The translations under genes and the position numbers were made by a program. 64,000 nucleotides of DNA. Origin: Gemmatimonadales bacterium (lineage in GTDB: Bacteria > Gemmatimonadota > Gemmatimonadetes > Gemmatimonadales > GWC2-71-9). Location: NCBI GenBank assembly GCA_050183815.1, contig JBFXAY010000004.1:67051-131050 (forward strand), written 5' to 3'. Each line of letters begins with the position of its first letter. The stretch's first letter is position 1. The notes under the pieces are model-generated. The model did no database searches. It saw only the letters and a list, made by a program, of their open reading frames with translations, and was not told where the DNA came from. Below are positions 1 through 12,700 of this stretch, piece after piece.

Positions 1-371
1 TGAAGGAATCCTGGCCCCTGCTGGCCGAGCGGTACGAACAGGGCCTCGGTATCAAGCGGAGCGATCAGGAGGCGGCCTTCTGGTACCGCCGCGCCGCGGA
101 CGAGGGCGAACGCTCGGCCCAATTCAATCTCGGCGAGATGTACAACCGGGGCCGCGGCGTCCAGAAGAACGAAAATGAGGCCGCGGTGTGGTTCAGCAAG
201 GCCGCCGAGCAGGGGCACCCCGGGGCCGAATACGAACTCGGCATGCTCTACATTCGCGGACGGGGCGGTCTAACCAAGGACGAGGAGGTCGGGGTTCAAT
301 GGCTGGAGCGGGCCGCCGCCCAGGGCCACGCCGAGGCGAAGAAGGAGGTCGAGAAGCGGAATCGTCCTTGA
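1..371 (+). CDS. Sel1/SLR-repeat protein, C-terminal part (5' end outside window)
   Basis: Frame 3 is open from the window edge to TGA 369-371. Translation shows tandem Sel1 signatures (AFWYRRAADEGERSAQFNLGEMYNRGRGVQKNENEAAVWFSKAAEQGHPGAEYELGMLYIRGRG...GVQWLERAAAQGHAEA). Confidence 0.8.
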   Translation, partial: KESWPLLAERYEQGLGIKRSDQEAAFWYRRAADEGERSAQFNLGEMYNRGRGVQKNENEAAVWFSKAAEQGHPGAEYELGMLYIRGRGGLTKDEEVGVQWLERAAAQGHAEAKKEVEKRNRP

Positions 372-407
372 CCCCCTCCGGACCGCCGTCGAGATTCCCC
401 CGAGCCG

Positions 408-2465
408 TTGTCCTCCACCATCAGAAGTGTGTCCACGCGCGCCTGCCCGAACTGCGGTAACCCGCTGCCCTCCGACGCCGCCTACTGTGACCAGTGCGGT
501 TCGGCCGGTCATACCCAGGTCATCGGCGGCACCGAGCAGACGGAGGCGGCGCTCGCCTCGAGCTACGTCAATCAGCCCGAACGGCTCCAGCGCGCGCTCG
601 GCGACCAGTTTGAGCTTGGCTCCCTGATCGGCCGCGGCGGCTACGCCGAGGTGTATGCGGTCCGGGACCGGAAGCTCAAGCGGGAGCTGGCGGTGAAGGT
701 GCTCCGGCCGGACCTGATCGTGACGCCGGCCCTGCTGGCGCGCTTCCGGCGCGAAGCGTTGTCGGTTGCGGCCCTTCAACACCCGGCCATCGTGCCGGTC
801 TTCGACGTCGGCGAACGGGACGGCATCTGCTACATCGTGATGCCGCTGATCCGGGGCGAGAGCCTCAAGGCGCTGCTCCAGCGGCAGCGCCGGATTCCTC
901 TCGACGAAGTCCAGCGCGTCGTCGGCGAGGCCGCGAGCGCGCTGGCGGTCGCGCACGAGGCCGGCGTCGTTCACCGCGACATCAAGCCGGAGAACATCCT
1001 CCTCGAGGGGCGCGAAGGCCATGTCCGGATCATGGACTTCGGCATCGCCAAGGCCGTCGACTCGAGCGAAAAAGAGCTCACCGGCACCGGAGTGGTCGTC
1101 GGCACACCCCAGTACATGAGCCCGGAACAGGCGAGCGGCGAGCCCAACATCGACCCGCGGAGCGACCAGTACTCGCTCGCGGTCGTCGCTTACCAGATGG
1201 TGGCCGGCCGGGCACCCTTCGACGGCGAAACGGCGCGGGCGATCATCGCGAAGCAGCTGCTCGACCTGCCGCCGGTCCTCGACCCCGTGGCGGACCGGGT
1301 GCCGCCTAACGTCGTCGCGGCGCTGCACCGGGCGATGCAGAAGCAGCCGGCCAACCGGTTCGCGAACATCCAGGAGTTCGCCGCAGCGCTCCGCGACCCG
1401 GATTACCGCAATCCGCCCGGACTGGGGGCGGACTCCACCAAGGCGGCCGCCGGCCGGCGCTGGACCCCGTGGCTGCTCGCCGGTGCCGCAGCCGGCGTGG
1501 TGGGCGTCATCGGATACACCCAGTTCGTCCGCCCGGACCTCGACCCGGCCCCGCCCCCGGCAACGATCGGCGCGCCCGGCAACGGTGGGGGCAACCTCGG
1601 CGCGCCCACCAGCCCGGCGGCCCCCACGACGCCGGCCGGTACGACGGCATCGACGCCCTCCGGTTCCAATCCCACGGCAGTCGTGCCACCACCGGCGCCG
1701 CCACGCCCCGACACCGGCAGCCGGCCGGCGGCCAATCCGACGTCGACCGCGCCGACGACACCGGACACCGGAACCGGGCTACTCCCCGAACCGCCCGCGC
1801 CGACGCCGAGTTGCGCGGTACTGGTCGACCAGCAGGACTGGACCCGGGCCCGGCAGCAATGCCAGGCCGAGGGTCAGGCAGGGAATCCGGCGGCGCTCCG
1901 GATCGCCGCGGAGATCCTGCTCGCCGGCCGCGGGCCGGTGCCCCGGGACGAGGCGCAGGCAGCGCAGTTGTACGAACAGGCCGCCGCCGCCGGCGACGCC
2001 GAGGCCCAGTTCTGGATGGGCAACCGGCTCGGCAACCGGGCTCCCACCGATGCAACGAACTGGTTCCTCGCGGCGGCGAGGCAAGGCCTCGCGAAGGCGT
2101 TCCCGCGCGTGGCCGAACGGCTCGACCGCGGCGTCGGCACCGCGGTCGATCGTCCGGCGGCGTTCCGGTGGTACGAGCGGGCGGCCAACGGGGGTGACGT
2201 GGCGAGCCAGCGCCGGGTGGCCGAGATGTACGGGGCCGGCGTCGGGGTCGGGAAGGACGAGGGGGCGGCGCGCCGCTGGTATGCCCGGGCGGCGGATCCG
2301 GCCGGGGGCAACGATCCCGAATCCCAGTATCAGCTCGCCCAGATGTTCTTCCGGGGGCGCGGCGGACCGAAGTCGGAAGCGGAGGGTCTCGCCTGGCTCC
2401 GGCGGGCCGCGGCGGGGGGACATGCCGAAGCGGCCCGGGAACTCGCCCGCCGCACGGATGCCTGA
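408..2465 (+). CDS. Ser/Thr protein kinase with N-terminal zinc ribbon, single TM helix, Pro/Thr-rich linker and extracytoplasmic Sel1 repeats
   Basis: Zinc ribbon CPNCG-x13-CDQCG. Hanks kinase motifs AVKVL, HRDIKPENILL, DFGIAK, GTPQYMSPE. TM segment WTPWLLAGAAAGVVGVIGYTQF. Low-complexity P/T/A region. C-terminal Sel1 repeats (AEAQFWMGNRL, VASQRRVAEMYGAGVGVGKDEGAARRWY, ESQYQLAQMFFRGRGGPKSEAEGLAWLRRAA). Confidence 0.9.
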   Translation: MSSTIRSVSTRACPNCGNPLPSDAAYCDQCGSAGHTQVIGGTEQTEAALASSYVNQPERLQRALGDQFELGSLIGRGGYAEVYAVRDRKLKRELAVKVLRPDLIVTPALLARFRREALSVAALQHPAIVPVFDVGERDGICYIVMPLIRGESLKALLQRQRRIPLDEVQRVVGEAASALAVAHEAGVVHRDIKPENILLEGREGHVRIMDFGIAKAVDSSEKELTGTGVVVGTPQYMSPEQASGEPNIDPRSDQYSLAVVAYQMVAGRAPFDGETARAIIAKQLLDLPPVLDPVADRVPPNVVAALHRAMQKQPANRFANIQEFAAALRDPDYRNPPGLGADSTKAAAGRRWTPWLLAGAAAGVVGVIGYTQFVRPDLDPAPPPATIGAPGNGGGNLGAPTSPAAPTTPAGTTASTPSGSNPTAVVPPPAPPRPDTGSRPAANPTSTAPTTPDTGTGLLPEPPAPTPSCAVLVDQQDWTRARQQCQAEGQAGNPAALRIAAEILLAGRGPVPRDEAQAAQLYEQAAAAGDAEAQFWMGNRLGNRAPTDATNWFLAAARQGLAKAFPRVAERLDRGVGTAVDRPAAFRWYERAANGGDVASQRRVAEMYGAGVGVGKDEGAARRWYARAADPAGGNDPESQYQLAQMFFRGRGGPKSEAEGLAWLRRAAAGGHAEAARELARRTDA

Positions 2466-2476
2466 GGACCAGTTGC

Positions 2477-2495
2477 CGGCCGCGGACCGCGGCCG
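2477..2495. terminator. GC-rich inverted repeat between convergent genes (possible bidirectional terminator)
   Basis: CGGCCGCGG-a-CCGCGGCCG arms lie between the kinase stop (2465) and the receptor stop (2508). There is no clear U-tract. Confidence 0.3.
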
Positions 2496-2507
2496 CCGGC
2501 CGGCTGC

Positions 2508-4712
2508 CTAACGCCGGCTCCAGTCGACCTGGGCGCCGAGGCTGACGACCCGGCCTCGCAGCGGAGCCCAGGGGAGATTGGTCCGGCCGGTGAGGGCGGA
2601 TGGCGTCGGCAACACCACGAGCTCGAAGTTGCGGAGCTTCACGTCCAGGAAATTTTCCACGCTGAAATAGAGGCGGGCCCGTCCCGATCGCTGGGTGATC
2701 GTCCCATCGACCAGGGCGAAGCCGCCGCTCCGCGCCCGGAACGTGTTGTCGGCGAGATCCGCGGCGCCCTGGTACCGGACCCCGAAATCCACCGAGGTCC
2801 CGGTCCGGGCCGGCGCGGTCCAGGTGAGGGCGGCGCCGAGCTGATGCCTGGGCACCGTGGTGAGGTCGCGGCGACCGGTGCCCTCCGGTTCGCCCTCGGT
2901 GCCGACCCGGAGGCCATACCAGCCCTGCAGGGACCAGCCCGGCCAGCGGCGCTCCGCCACGAGGTCCAGGGCAACGGCCCGGGTCGGCTCGTCGAGGTTC
3001 TTGAGCCGGAGCCGGCCGAGGGAGTCGCCCGCCACGGGAAGCAGGGCGACCGGTTCGGCGATCCGCACCGCCGTGAGGGTGCCCCCGAGTTCCCAGGGAC
3101 CCGGTCGCCATCGGAGATCGACCCCCGAGGTCGCGGTCCGCTCCGCCCGCACCGCAATCGGAAACAGGGCGTGGTAGCCGAGAATCTCGGCCGGCCCGGT
3201 GAGGGGCGTCGGCGCACTGTATCCGACCGCGGCAAAGAGCCGGAGGTCGACCGCGTCCCGCGGCCGAAGCCAGAGATCGAACCGCGGGACGCACTGCGAG
3301 CCGTGGACGTTGTGATCGTCGCACCGGCCCGCGAGTTCCGCGGTGAGGCGCGAGGAGGCGGCCAAGCTCACGGAGCCGAACACGCTCGGAAACCGGTGGG
3401 TGTAGTCGAACGCCGGATACTCTCGCTGCCGGAGCGCATCGCGGGTATACGAGACGCCGGCGAGATAGCCGGCGCGTCCGCGGCGGCCCGTGTACGTCGC
3501 CTCGGCCACCACCGTGGCCCGGCGATCCCGTTCGCGGATGTCCTCGAAGGTGTGGCTGATGGACTGGAACACCGTGCTGGCCCGCAGCCGGAATTCGCCC
3601 CACCCGGTCAGGCGATGCGCCTGAAGCGCCGCATCGAACCGCCGGGTCTGGCGCTCCTCCCGGGGCGGATCCTCGGTGGCGTTGCCGAGGAGGAATCCGC
3701 CTGCCCGCTCTTCGGTGAGGTAGCCCGTGGTCAGGCTCAGGCCGTCGCCGGTGGGGAGGTCGAGATAGAGCCGGGGCCGGATGGAGAAGCGAATCGCCCG
3801 CGGGAACTCGCCCCAGCCGTCATCGTCGGCGTCCACCTGGCGCTGCTGGTGGATGTCGGTGAAGACGGTCCCCGTGAGGGTCGGCGCGAGCCGATGGGCG
3901 CCCCAGAGACCGAGATCGCCGCCCTTCTCGGACGACTGGTTGATCGCCACCACGAGTTCCTCGCCGGCCGGCCGGCGGGGCACCAGGTTGAGGACGTCTC
4001 CCGGCGCCAGCGGGCCGTAGAGTGCCGTCCCCGGTCCTCGCAGCCACTCGACCTGCTCGAACTCCATCGGCGCGAGCTGGCGGAGGTCGAAGCCGCTCGG
4101 GGAACCGCCTAACGCCGGCAGCCCGTCCACCAGGAAGGTGACATACCGGCCGGGCACCGCGCCACTCCAGAGCCGGGTGGCGTCGAGCGGCCCTCCCGTC
4201 CCGCTCGGGAACAATCCCGGAACCCGGCCGAGAAACCGGACCAGGTCGGTCGGCGAGCCGATCGCCGCGTCGGCGAGCCGGTCGGGCCCGAGCACCGTGA
4301 CGGGCATCGGGCCGCCGGCGGCGTCGCGGGGACCGCGGGTGACCTCGGCCGGCCGCGCCGCGCCGTCCGCCGGGTCGAGGACGACCTGGTACCGCTGACT
4401 GACGCCGGCGACGATCGTGATCTCGAAGCGCCGGTCGACGAACCCGGGATGGGACACGAGCACCGACACGAGCCGGGCCGGCAGCTCCATCGTGGCCACT
4501 CCGGCGGGGTCGGCGACCTCGGCCCGGCGCGCCGAACGCACGAAGGCGCCGGCGAGCGGGGTCGAGTCGGGACGGAGTACCGTGACCAGGAGGGTCCCGG
4601 TGTCCTCCTGTGCCGCCGCCGCCGCGGGGATCGCCAGGGCGAGCAGCGCCAGCGCCAGCCAGCGGACGAGACGGAGTCGCCGCGGCCACATGAAGGATTC
4701 TGCAGACGCCAT
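2508..4712 (-). CDS. TonB-dependent receptor-like outer-membrane protein with CarboxypepD_reg-like N-domain
   Basis: Signal peptide (LALALLALAIPAAAAAQ). N-terminal Ig-like domain GTLLVTVLRPDSTPLAGAFVRS. Plug-like segment (PMPVTVLGPDRL, DLVRFLGRVPGL). Roughly 500 aa with an alternating beta-strand pattern. Alternative start at 4691. Confidence 0.75.
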   Translation of the reverse strand: MASAESFMWPRRLRLVRWLALALLALAIPAAAAAQEDTGTLLVTVLRPDSTPLAGAFVRSARRAEVADPAGVATMELPARLVSVLVSHPGFVDRRFEITIVAGVSQRYQVVLDPADGAARPAEVTRGPRDAAGGPMPVTVLGPDRLADAAIGSPTDLVRFLGRVPGLFPSGTGGPLDATRLWSGAVPGRYVTFLVDGLPALGGSPSGFDLRQLAPMEFEQVEWLRGPGTALYGPLAPGDVLNLVPRRPAGEELVVAINQSSEKGGDLGLWGAHRLAPTLTGTVFTDIHQQRQVDADDDGWGEFPRAIRFSIRPRLYLDLPTGDGLSLTTGYLTEERAGGFLLGNATEDPPREERQTRRFDAALQAHRLTGWGEFRLRASTVFQSISHTFEDIRERDRRATVVAEATYTGRRGRAGYLAGVSYTRDALRQREYPAFDYTHRFPSVFGSVSLAASSRLTAELAGRCDDHNVHGSQCVPRFDLWLRPRDAVDLRLFAAVGYSAPTPLTGPAEILGYHALFPIAVRAERTATSGVDLRWRPGPWELGGTLTAVRIAEPVALLPVAGDSLGRLRLKNLDEPTRAVALDLVAERRWPGWSLQGWYGLRVGTEGEPEGTGRRDLTTVPRHQLGAALTWTAPARTGTSVDFGVRYQGAADLADNTFRARSGGFALVDGTITQRSGRARLYFSVENFLDVKLRNFELVVLPTPSALTGRTNLPWAPLRGRVVSLGAQVDWSRR

Positions 4713-4771
4713 CGCGCTAAAGGTAATCCCGGAGTGATATACTTCGTCACGGCGGAGATGGAGGTCCGCGG

Positions 4772-7415
<2,644 letters not shown>

Positions 7416-7435
<20 letters not shown>

Positions 7436-8705
7436 CGGCGCCCGAGTCCGCCGCCTCCCGCTGGCGGAACAGCGCGAAGAAGAACACGGCCGTGGCCAGA
7501 CCGATCAGGGCCACCACCCGCCAGAGGGGTGCGTAGTCCACCGTCCCCGCCGCCGTGAGGTAGTTGTCGGCGAGCACGCCGGAGAGAATCCCGCCGAGGA
7601 CCGGCCCGCCACCCAGAATGATGATCCCGAACACGGTTTGGACGGAGTGACGGATGTCGGCCGGTGCGATCCGGTCGGCGTAAATGAAGGCCCCCGCGAA
7701 GAAGCACGCGTAGCAGATGCCGTGGAGCGCCTGGCTCGCCACCTGGACCTCGACCGGAATGGCCGGGAGGCTCCAGATGAAATAGCGGACGAAGTAGGCC
7801 ACGGCGCCCACGGTGATCACCGTCCGGAAACCCCAGCGGGTGAGCAGCCAGCCAAGCGCCGCCATCACGGCGATCTCGCTGAACTGGCCGATCGTCATCG
7901 CCGGCCCGATCTGGCTGTCGAGCAGGCCGAGGTGGGACAGGAACGGCGGCGTCTGGATGAAGTACACCTGATGGATGATGCTGATCGGGAGGCTCGCGGC
8001 AACCAGGACGGCAAAGGACGGCTCGCGGAGGAGCCGGAAGGCCTTGGCGAACGCGAGCTTCTCGACCGCATCCCGCTTCGGCGGGGTGGCCGGAAGGAAG
8101 AGGCAGAACAGCGCGTATCCCCAGGAAATGATCCCGGAGAACCGGAGCGAGTCGGCCAGCCGGGCCGTGACCCCGGCCTTCTCCGGCCCGACCAGGAAGG
8201 GCGGCATCCACTGGAAATGGAGGTCGCTCTGGAGGTAGAGCATCGGGAAGATCCAGCTGACCGCGATCCAGCCGATCGTGCCCCAGACCCTGACCTTCGG
8301 GAACTCCCGGTCCCGGTCCTCGAGGTGGGCGAACGCCATCGAGTTGGACAGGGCCAGCGTCGGCATGTAGACGACGCTGTAGACGATCGAGAGCCAGAGC
8401 CAGGCGGGGTAGGCGGTCTGGCTCGCCGTGATCCATTTGACCACGCCGCCGACCGCCAGCAGGAAGGCCAGGAAGCGTTCCGTCCGGAAGTACCGGTCGG
8501 CCAGCTGTCCGGCGATGAAGGGGGAGGCCATTGCCCCGATCGAGCCCGCCAAACCGAGGATCAGACCGATCTGTGCCCCGGTGAACCCGAGGCCGCCCTC
8601 AGCGACGGGTGCGGAGAGGTACCGACCGGCCAGGGGCAGCCAGGCGCCCCAGACGGCGTACTGCAGGAACATCATGACCGAGAGGCGACCGATCTTCCCG
8701 TTCAT
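7416..8705 (-). CDS. MFS transporter, nucleoside:H+ symporter-like family
   Basis: 429 aa with about 12 hydrophobic segments. The N-terminus MNGKIGRLSVMMFLQYAVWGAWLPLAGRYL is typical of NupG/YegT-type MFS transporters. Its 3' end overlaps the convergent HK gene by 20 nt. Confidence 0.75.
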
Positions 8706-8716
8706 CGCGATCCTGT

Positions 8717-8740
8717 AAGTAAGGGAATATTTCTTTACTT
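8717..8740. promoter_or_regulatory. AT-rich imperfect palindrome in the promoter region of the MFS transporter gene
   Basis: AAGTAAGGGAAT|ATTTCTTTACTT (10/12 arm matches) lies within a strikingly AT-rich stretch (8706-8778) directly upstream of the start codon at 8705. Confidence 0.4.
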
Positions 8741-8778
8741 ATAATAAGCTGCTACAATGCGACTTAGCGCCCAGAGCC

Positions 8779-10044
8779 CTATTTTCTCTTCCTGGTGGCC
8801 CGGGGAAGCTTCCGGCCGCCGCGCGCCACGTCGGGCACGAACCGATCGATCCCGCGGGGCGGGTACTCGACCGTCTTGCCCTGCTCGGCGGACTGATAGG
8901 CCGACATCAGCATCCGGACGACCTCGACACCATGGTCGAACGTCAGCTGCGGCCGCTCCTTCCCGAGGAAGGCCCGGACGAAGTGCCGGTTCTCGGCCTC
9001 GTAGCCGTAGGCCACCCCCTCCTGGGCCACCACCGGCATCTGACCCATTTCCGCGTTCTGCTTCTCGACCAGATCCTCCCCGGCCCGACCCTTCACTTCC
9101 CGGCTGAAGAACAGCTTGAGGCCGCTGTCCAGGGTGTTCCAGCTCATCGAGTACTCAGGCCCGAGGAGTTCGGCCGAGAGCCGGAGGCCGGCACCGACGA
9201 AGCTCCAGGACGTCGATGCCTCGCCGAAGACCCGGTAGCCGTCGGCGGTCTCGAACTCGATCACGACGCTGGCGAAGTCCTCGGCCGGGTGGCGGCGATA
9301 ATCCACCGTCTTCCCCATCGCCTTGGTGAGCCGCCGCGCGTATTCGGGCCGGGTCCACTTGAGGCTCGCGATGTGCCCGGTGACCCGGACCGGTTTGACG
9401 GTGCTGATGTCCTCCCCCGGCCGGGTGAGCAGATGCCGAACCACCAGCGCCGAGTGGCACATCATGTCGTTCAACACGCCGCCGCCCTGGAGCTTGCCCT
9501 GCCAGAACCACGGCATGTGCGGCCCCGCGTGCTCTTCCGCCGCGCGCGCCAGGTACGGCCGGCCCGTGAGCGAGGCCCCGCGCGCCCAGAGGAGTTCGCG
9601 GCCCCGCTCGACCTGCGGCGAGAAACACTGGTTCTCGAGATAGCCGTGAAGGATCCCGGCTCGCTTCACCAGCTCGGTCACTTGGCGGGCCTCGGCGACG
9701 TTGCGCGCCAGCGGCTTCTCGCAGGCCACCCCGACGAGCTCCGCCCGGCCCCGGATCACCGGGTCGACCATCTCCTCGACGTTCTCGATCCGGGCCTGAT
9801 TCGGGCCCGAAAGCCAGATGGCGTCGATCCGGGGATCGGCCACCATCTCGGCGATCGAGCGGTACGCCCGGCATTCGCCGATGTCGAGCGACCGGGCGTA
9901 GCGTGCCGCGCTCTCGGCGTTCCGCCGGTTCGGGCTCCAGACACCGAGAACATCGGCGTCCCGGACGCCGGTCCAGGAGAGCATGTGGAACCGGGCATTG
10001 AAGCCACTGCCGATGAAGCCGACGCCGAGCCGTTTCTTGGACAT
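8779..10044 (-). CDS. Gfo/Idh/MocA family oxidoreductase (cytoplasmic)
   Basis: Rossmann N-terminus MSKKRLGVGFIGSGFNARFH. EKP motif (ACEKPLARN). Long C-terminal alpha/beta domain. ATG at 10044 is preferred over the longer ORF start at 10098. Confidence 0.85.
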   Translation of the reverse strand: MSKKRLGVGFIGSGFNARFHMLSWTGVRDADVLGVWSPNRRNAESAARYARSLDIGECRAYRSIAEMVADPRIDAIWLSGPNQARIENVEEMVDPVIRGRAELVGVACEKPLARNVAEARQVTELVKRAGILHGYLENQCFSPQVERGRELLWARGASLTGRPYLARAAEEHAGPHMPWFWQGKLQGGGVLNDMMCHSALVVRHLLTRPGEDISTVKPVRVTGHIASLKWTRPEYARRLTKAMGKTVDYRRHPAEDFASVVIEFETADGYRVFGEASTSWSFVGAGLRLSAELLGPEYSMSWNTLDSGLKLFFSREVKGRAGEDLVEKQNAEMGQMPVVAQEGVAYGYEAENRHFVRAFLGKERPQLTFDHGVEVVRMLMSAYQSAEQGKTVEYPPRGIDRFVPDVARGGRKLPRATRKRK

Positions 10045-10206
10045 GGACCTGAGGGGTGGGAGACGGCGGGAAGGTAGCGTCGCCGGACGGCCCCGCAACC
10101 GGCCCTGCGATCGCCGGGAACTTCCGCCCCGGGGAAGCTATCGTGCGCATCGCGGACGAGCCATCCGGAGGTAGATTGGTTTCGACCCTCCTTGTCGAGT
10201 CATTCC

Positions 10207-11733
10207 ATGCGATTCGTGCTGCCGACCGCGCTTGGCGCGATCTTTCTCGCGGCGCAGGCCGCGGCTCAGAAGCCGGATGCCCGGATCCAGGCATTCGACC
10301 GGTACGCGGCCCAGGCCGCCGCGGACTGGCAGGCCGTCGGGCTGGCCGTGGCGGTGGTCAAGGACGGGCGAACGATCTTCGCGAAGGGCTACGGGGTTCG
10401 GGAACTCGGGAAACCCGACCCGGTGGACGATCAGACCCTGTTCGCCATCGGGTCGACCACCAAGGCCATGACGGCCGCCGCGCTGGGCATGCTGGTGGAC
10501 GAGGGCAAGGTCCGGTGGGACGACCCGGTGACGAGACACCTGCCCGGCTTCCAGCTTCGCGATCCCTTCGTGACGCGGGAACTCACCATCCGCGACCTGC
10601 TGACCCACCGGGCCGGCCTCGCCAACGCCGACGTCCTCTGGTACCGGACCGATCTCTCGCCCGAGGAAGTGCTCCGGCGGGCCCGGTTCATCCCGAACGG
10701 CTACTCATTCCGTTCCGGGTTCATCTATCAGAACATCATGTACGCCGCGGCAGGCGCGGTGGTGGCCGCCGCGAGCGGGATGCCCTGGGAACGATTCATC
10801 GAGACCCGGATCCTGGGCCCACTCGGGATGACCCGCACCGTCACGACCCTCGCCAAGACCCGCGGGGTCCCCAACGTGGCGGTTCCGCACGACCGGGTCG
10901 ACGGCACCGTCCGGCCGATCGACAACGCCGCGGTGGACGCCGTAGCGAGCGCCGGCTCGATCTGGTCGAGCGTCTCCGACATGGCCAAGTGGGCGGCTTT
11001 CATGATTGACACCGGCCGGGTCAACGGCAAGGCACTGCTTCGGCCGGACACCTGGCAGGAGATCTTCACGCCGCAGAACATGGTACCGCCGGACGGGTTC
11101 TATCCGACGGCCGCCCTCACCCGCCCGCACTGGACCACCTACGGCTTCGGCTGGTTCCAGCACGACTATCAGGGTCGGATGGTCCAGTTCCACACCGGAA
11201 GCATCGACGGCATGGTGGCGATCATCGGCCTGATTCCCGAGGAACGCCTCGGCGTCTACGTCCTCGGCAACCTCGACCACGTCGAGGTCCGGCACGCGCT
11301 CATGTATCGCGCCTTCGACACCTGGCTCGGCACCGGCACCCGCGACTGGAGCAGCGAGTTCCGGACGCTCTACGCGGGCCTCTTTGCCCAGGGCGACAGC
11401 GCCCGGGCGCGCGCCGAGCGGAGCCGGGTGGCCGGGACCAGTCCGTCCCTTCCGCTCGATGCCTACGTCGGCGGGTACGCGGACTCGCTGGCCGGTGAGG
11501 TGGCCGTCGTCCGGGAGGGCGATGGTCTCGCCGTCCGGCAGAGCAGCCAGCTGCACGCGGTCCTCGAGCACTGGCATTACGACACCTTCCGGGCCCGGTG
11601 GGACAACCCCTGGCAGGGCACCGACCTGATCACTTTCTCGCTCGGAACGGACGGCAAGGTGGCCGGCCTGACGGTCGGTGGCGTCCGGCTCGGCCGGCGA
11701 CCGCCGGTCGCGGGCGCCCCGTCCCGGCCTTAG
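10207..11733 (+). CDS. Serine hydrolase, beta-lactamase/transpeptidase-like family (secreted)
   Basis: Signal peptide [21 protein letters not shown]. SxxK motif GSTTKAM. YxN-like YQNIMY. C-terminal beta-rich domain (DUF3471-like). Confidence 0.85.
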   Translation: MRFVLPTALGAIFLAAQAAAQKPDARIQAFDRYAAQAAADWQAVGLAVAVVKDGRTIFAKGYGVRELGKPDPVDDQTLFAIGSTTKAMTAAALGMLVDEGKVRWDDPVTRHLPGFQLRDPFVTRELTIRDLLTHRAGLANADVLWYRTDLSPEEVLRRARFIPNGYSFRSGFIYQNIMYAAAGAVVAAASGMPWERFIETRILGPLGMTRTVTTLAKTRGVPNVAVPHDRVDGTVRPIDNAAVDAVASAGSIWSSVSDMAKWAAFMIDTGRVNGKALLRPDTWQEIFTPQNMVPPDGFYPTAALTRPHWTTYGFGWFQHDYQGRMVQFHTGSIDGMVAIIGLIPEERLGVYVLGNLDHVEVRHALMYRAFDTWLGTGTRDWSSEFRTLYAGLFAQGDSARARAERSRVAGTSPSLPLDAYVGGYADSLAGEVAVVREGDGLAVRQSSQLHAVLEHWHYDTFRARWDNPWQGTDLITFSLGTDGKVAGLTVGGVRLGRRPPVAGAPSRP

Positions 11734-11765
11734 AATTGACGCTGCCTTTTCCGCGTTGGGGCTCG

Positions 11766-12686
11766 ATGAATCGTCGCGATTTTCTCCGCGGTTCCGCGAT
11801 GGCGGCCGGGCTGGTCCGGCTCGACGGCCGCTCGCTCGTGGCCGCCTGGCCCGGCGGGGCCGGATCCCCCGCTCCGCGGGATCCGCCCTTCAAGATCTCG
11901 CTCGCCCAGTGGTCCCTTCACAAGGCACTCCAGTCGAAACAGCTCGACCATCTCGACTTTGCCCGGGTGGCCCGCCGCGACTTCGGCATCGAGGCCATCG
12001 AGTACGTCAACAGTTTCTTCAAGGACAAGGCCCGGGACGCCCGGTACCTCGCCGAGATGAATCGGCGGGCCGCGGACGAGGGCGTCTACCAGCACCTCAT
12101 CATGTGCGACGGCGAGGGCAACCTCGGCGACCCCGACGACGGCAAGCGGACCCAGGCGATCGAGAATCACCGCAAGTGGCTCGACGCCGCCAAGACCCTC
12201 GGCTGTGCCACGATCCGGGTGAACGCGCAGAGCGCCGGAAGCCCCGACGAACAGCAGCGCCTGGCCGCCGACGGGCTCCGCCGGCTCACCGAGATCGCGG
12301 CGCCGATGGAGCTCAACGTCATCGTCGAGAATCACGGCGGCCTCTCGTCGCACGGCGACTGGCTGGCCGGCGTGATGCGGATGGTGAACCATCCCCGCTG
12401 CGGCACACTGCCCGATTTCGGCAACTTCTACGAGTACGACCGCTACCAGGGTGTCGCGGACATGATGCCCTTCGCCAAGGCCGTGAGCGCGAAGACGCAC
12501 GACTTCGACGGACTCGGCAATGAAGCCACCAAGGACTACCGCAAGCTCCTCGGCATCGTCCTCGGCGCCGGCTTCCACTCGTGGATCGGGATCGAATACG
12601 AGGGCGACCGGCTCTCCGAACGGGAGGGCATCGCGGCCACGCTGCAGCTCCTCCACCGCTACCAGCAGGAATTCTCCCGGACCTGA
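11766..12686 (+). CDS. Tat-exported sugar phosphate isomerase/epimerase (xylose isomerase-like TIM barrel)
   Basis: Twin-arginine signal [18 protein letters not shown]-barrel family motifs ([27 protein letters not shown]). Confidence 0.85.
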   Translation: MNRRDFLRGSAMAAGLVRLDGRSLVAAWPGGAGSPAPRDPPFKISLAQWSLHKALQSKQLDHLDFARVARRDFGIEAIEYVNSFFKDKARDARYLAEMNRRAADEGVYQHLIMCDGEGNLGDPDDGKRTQAIENHRKWLDAAKTLGCATIRVNAQSAGSPDEQQRLAADGLRRLTEIAAPMELNVIVENHGGLSSHGDWLAGVMRMVNHPRCGTLPDFGNFYEYDRYQGVADMMPFAKAVSAKTHDFDGLGNEATKDYRKLLGIVLGAGFHSWIGIEYEGDRLSEREGIAATLQLLHRYQQEFSRT

Positions 12687-12700
12687 ACCAAGGATCCTTC

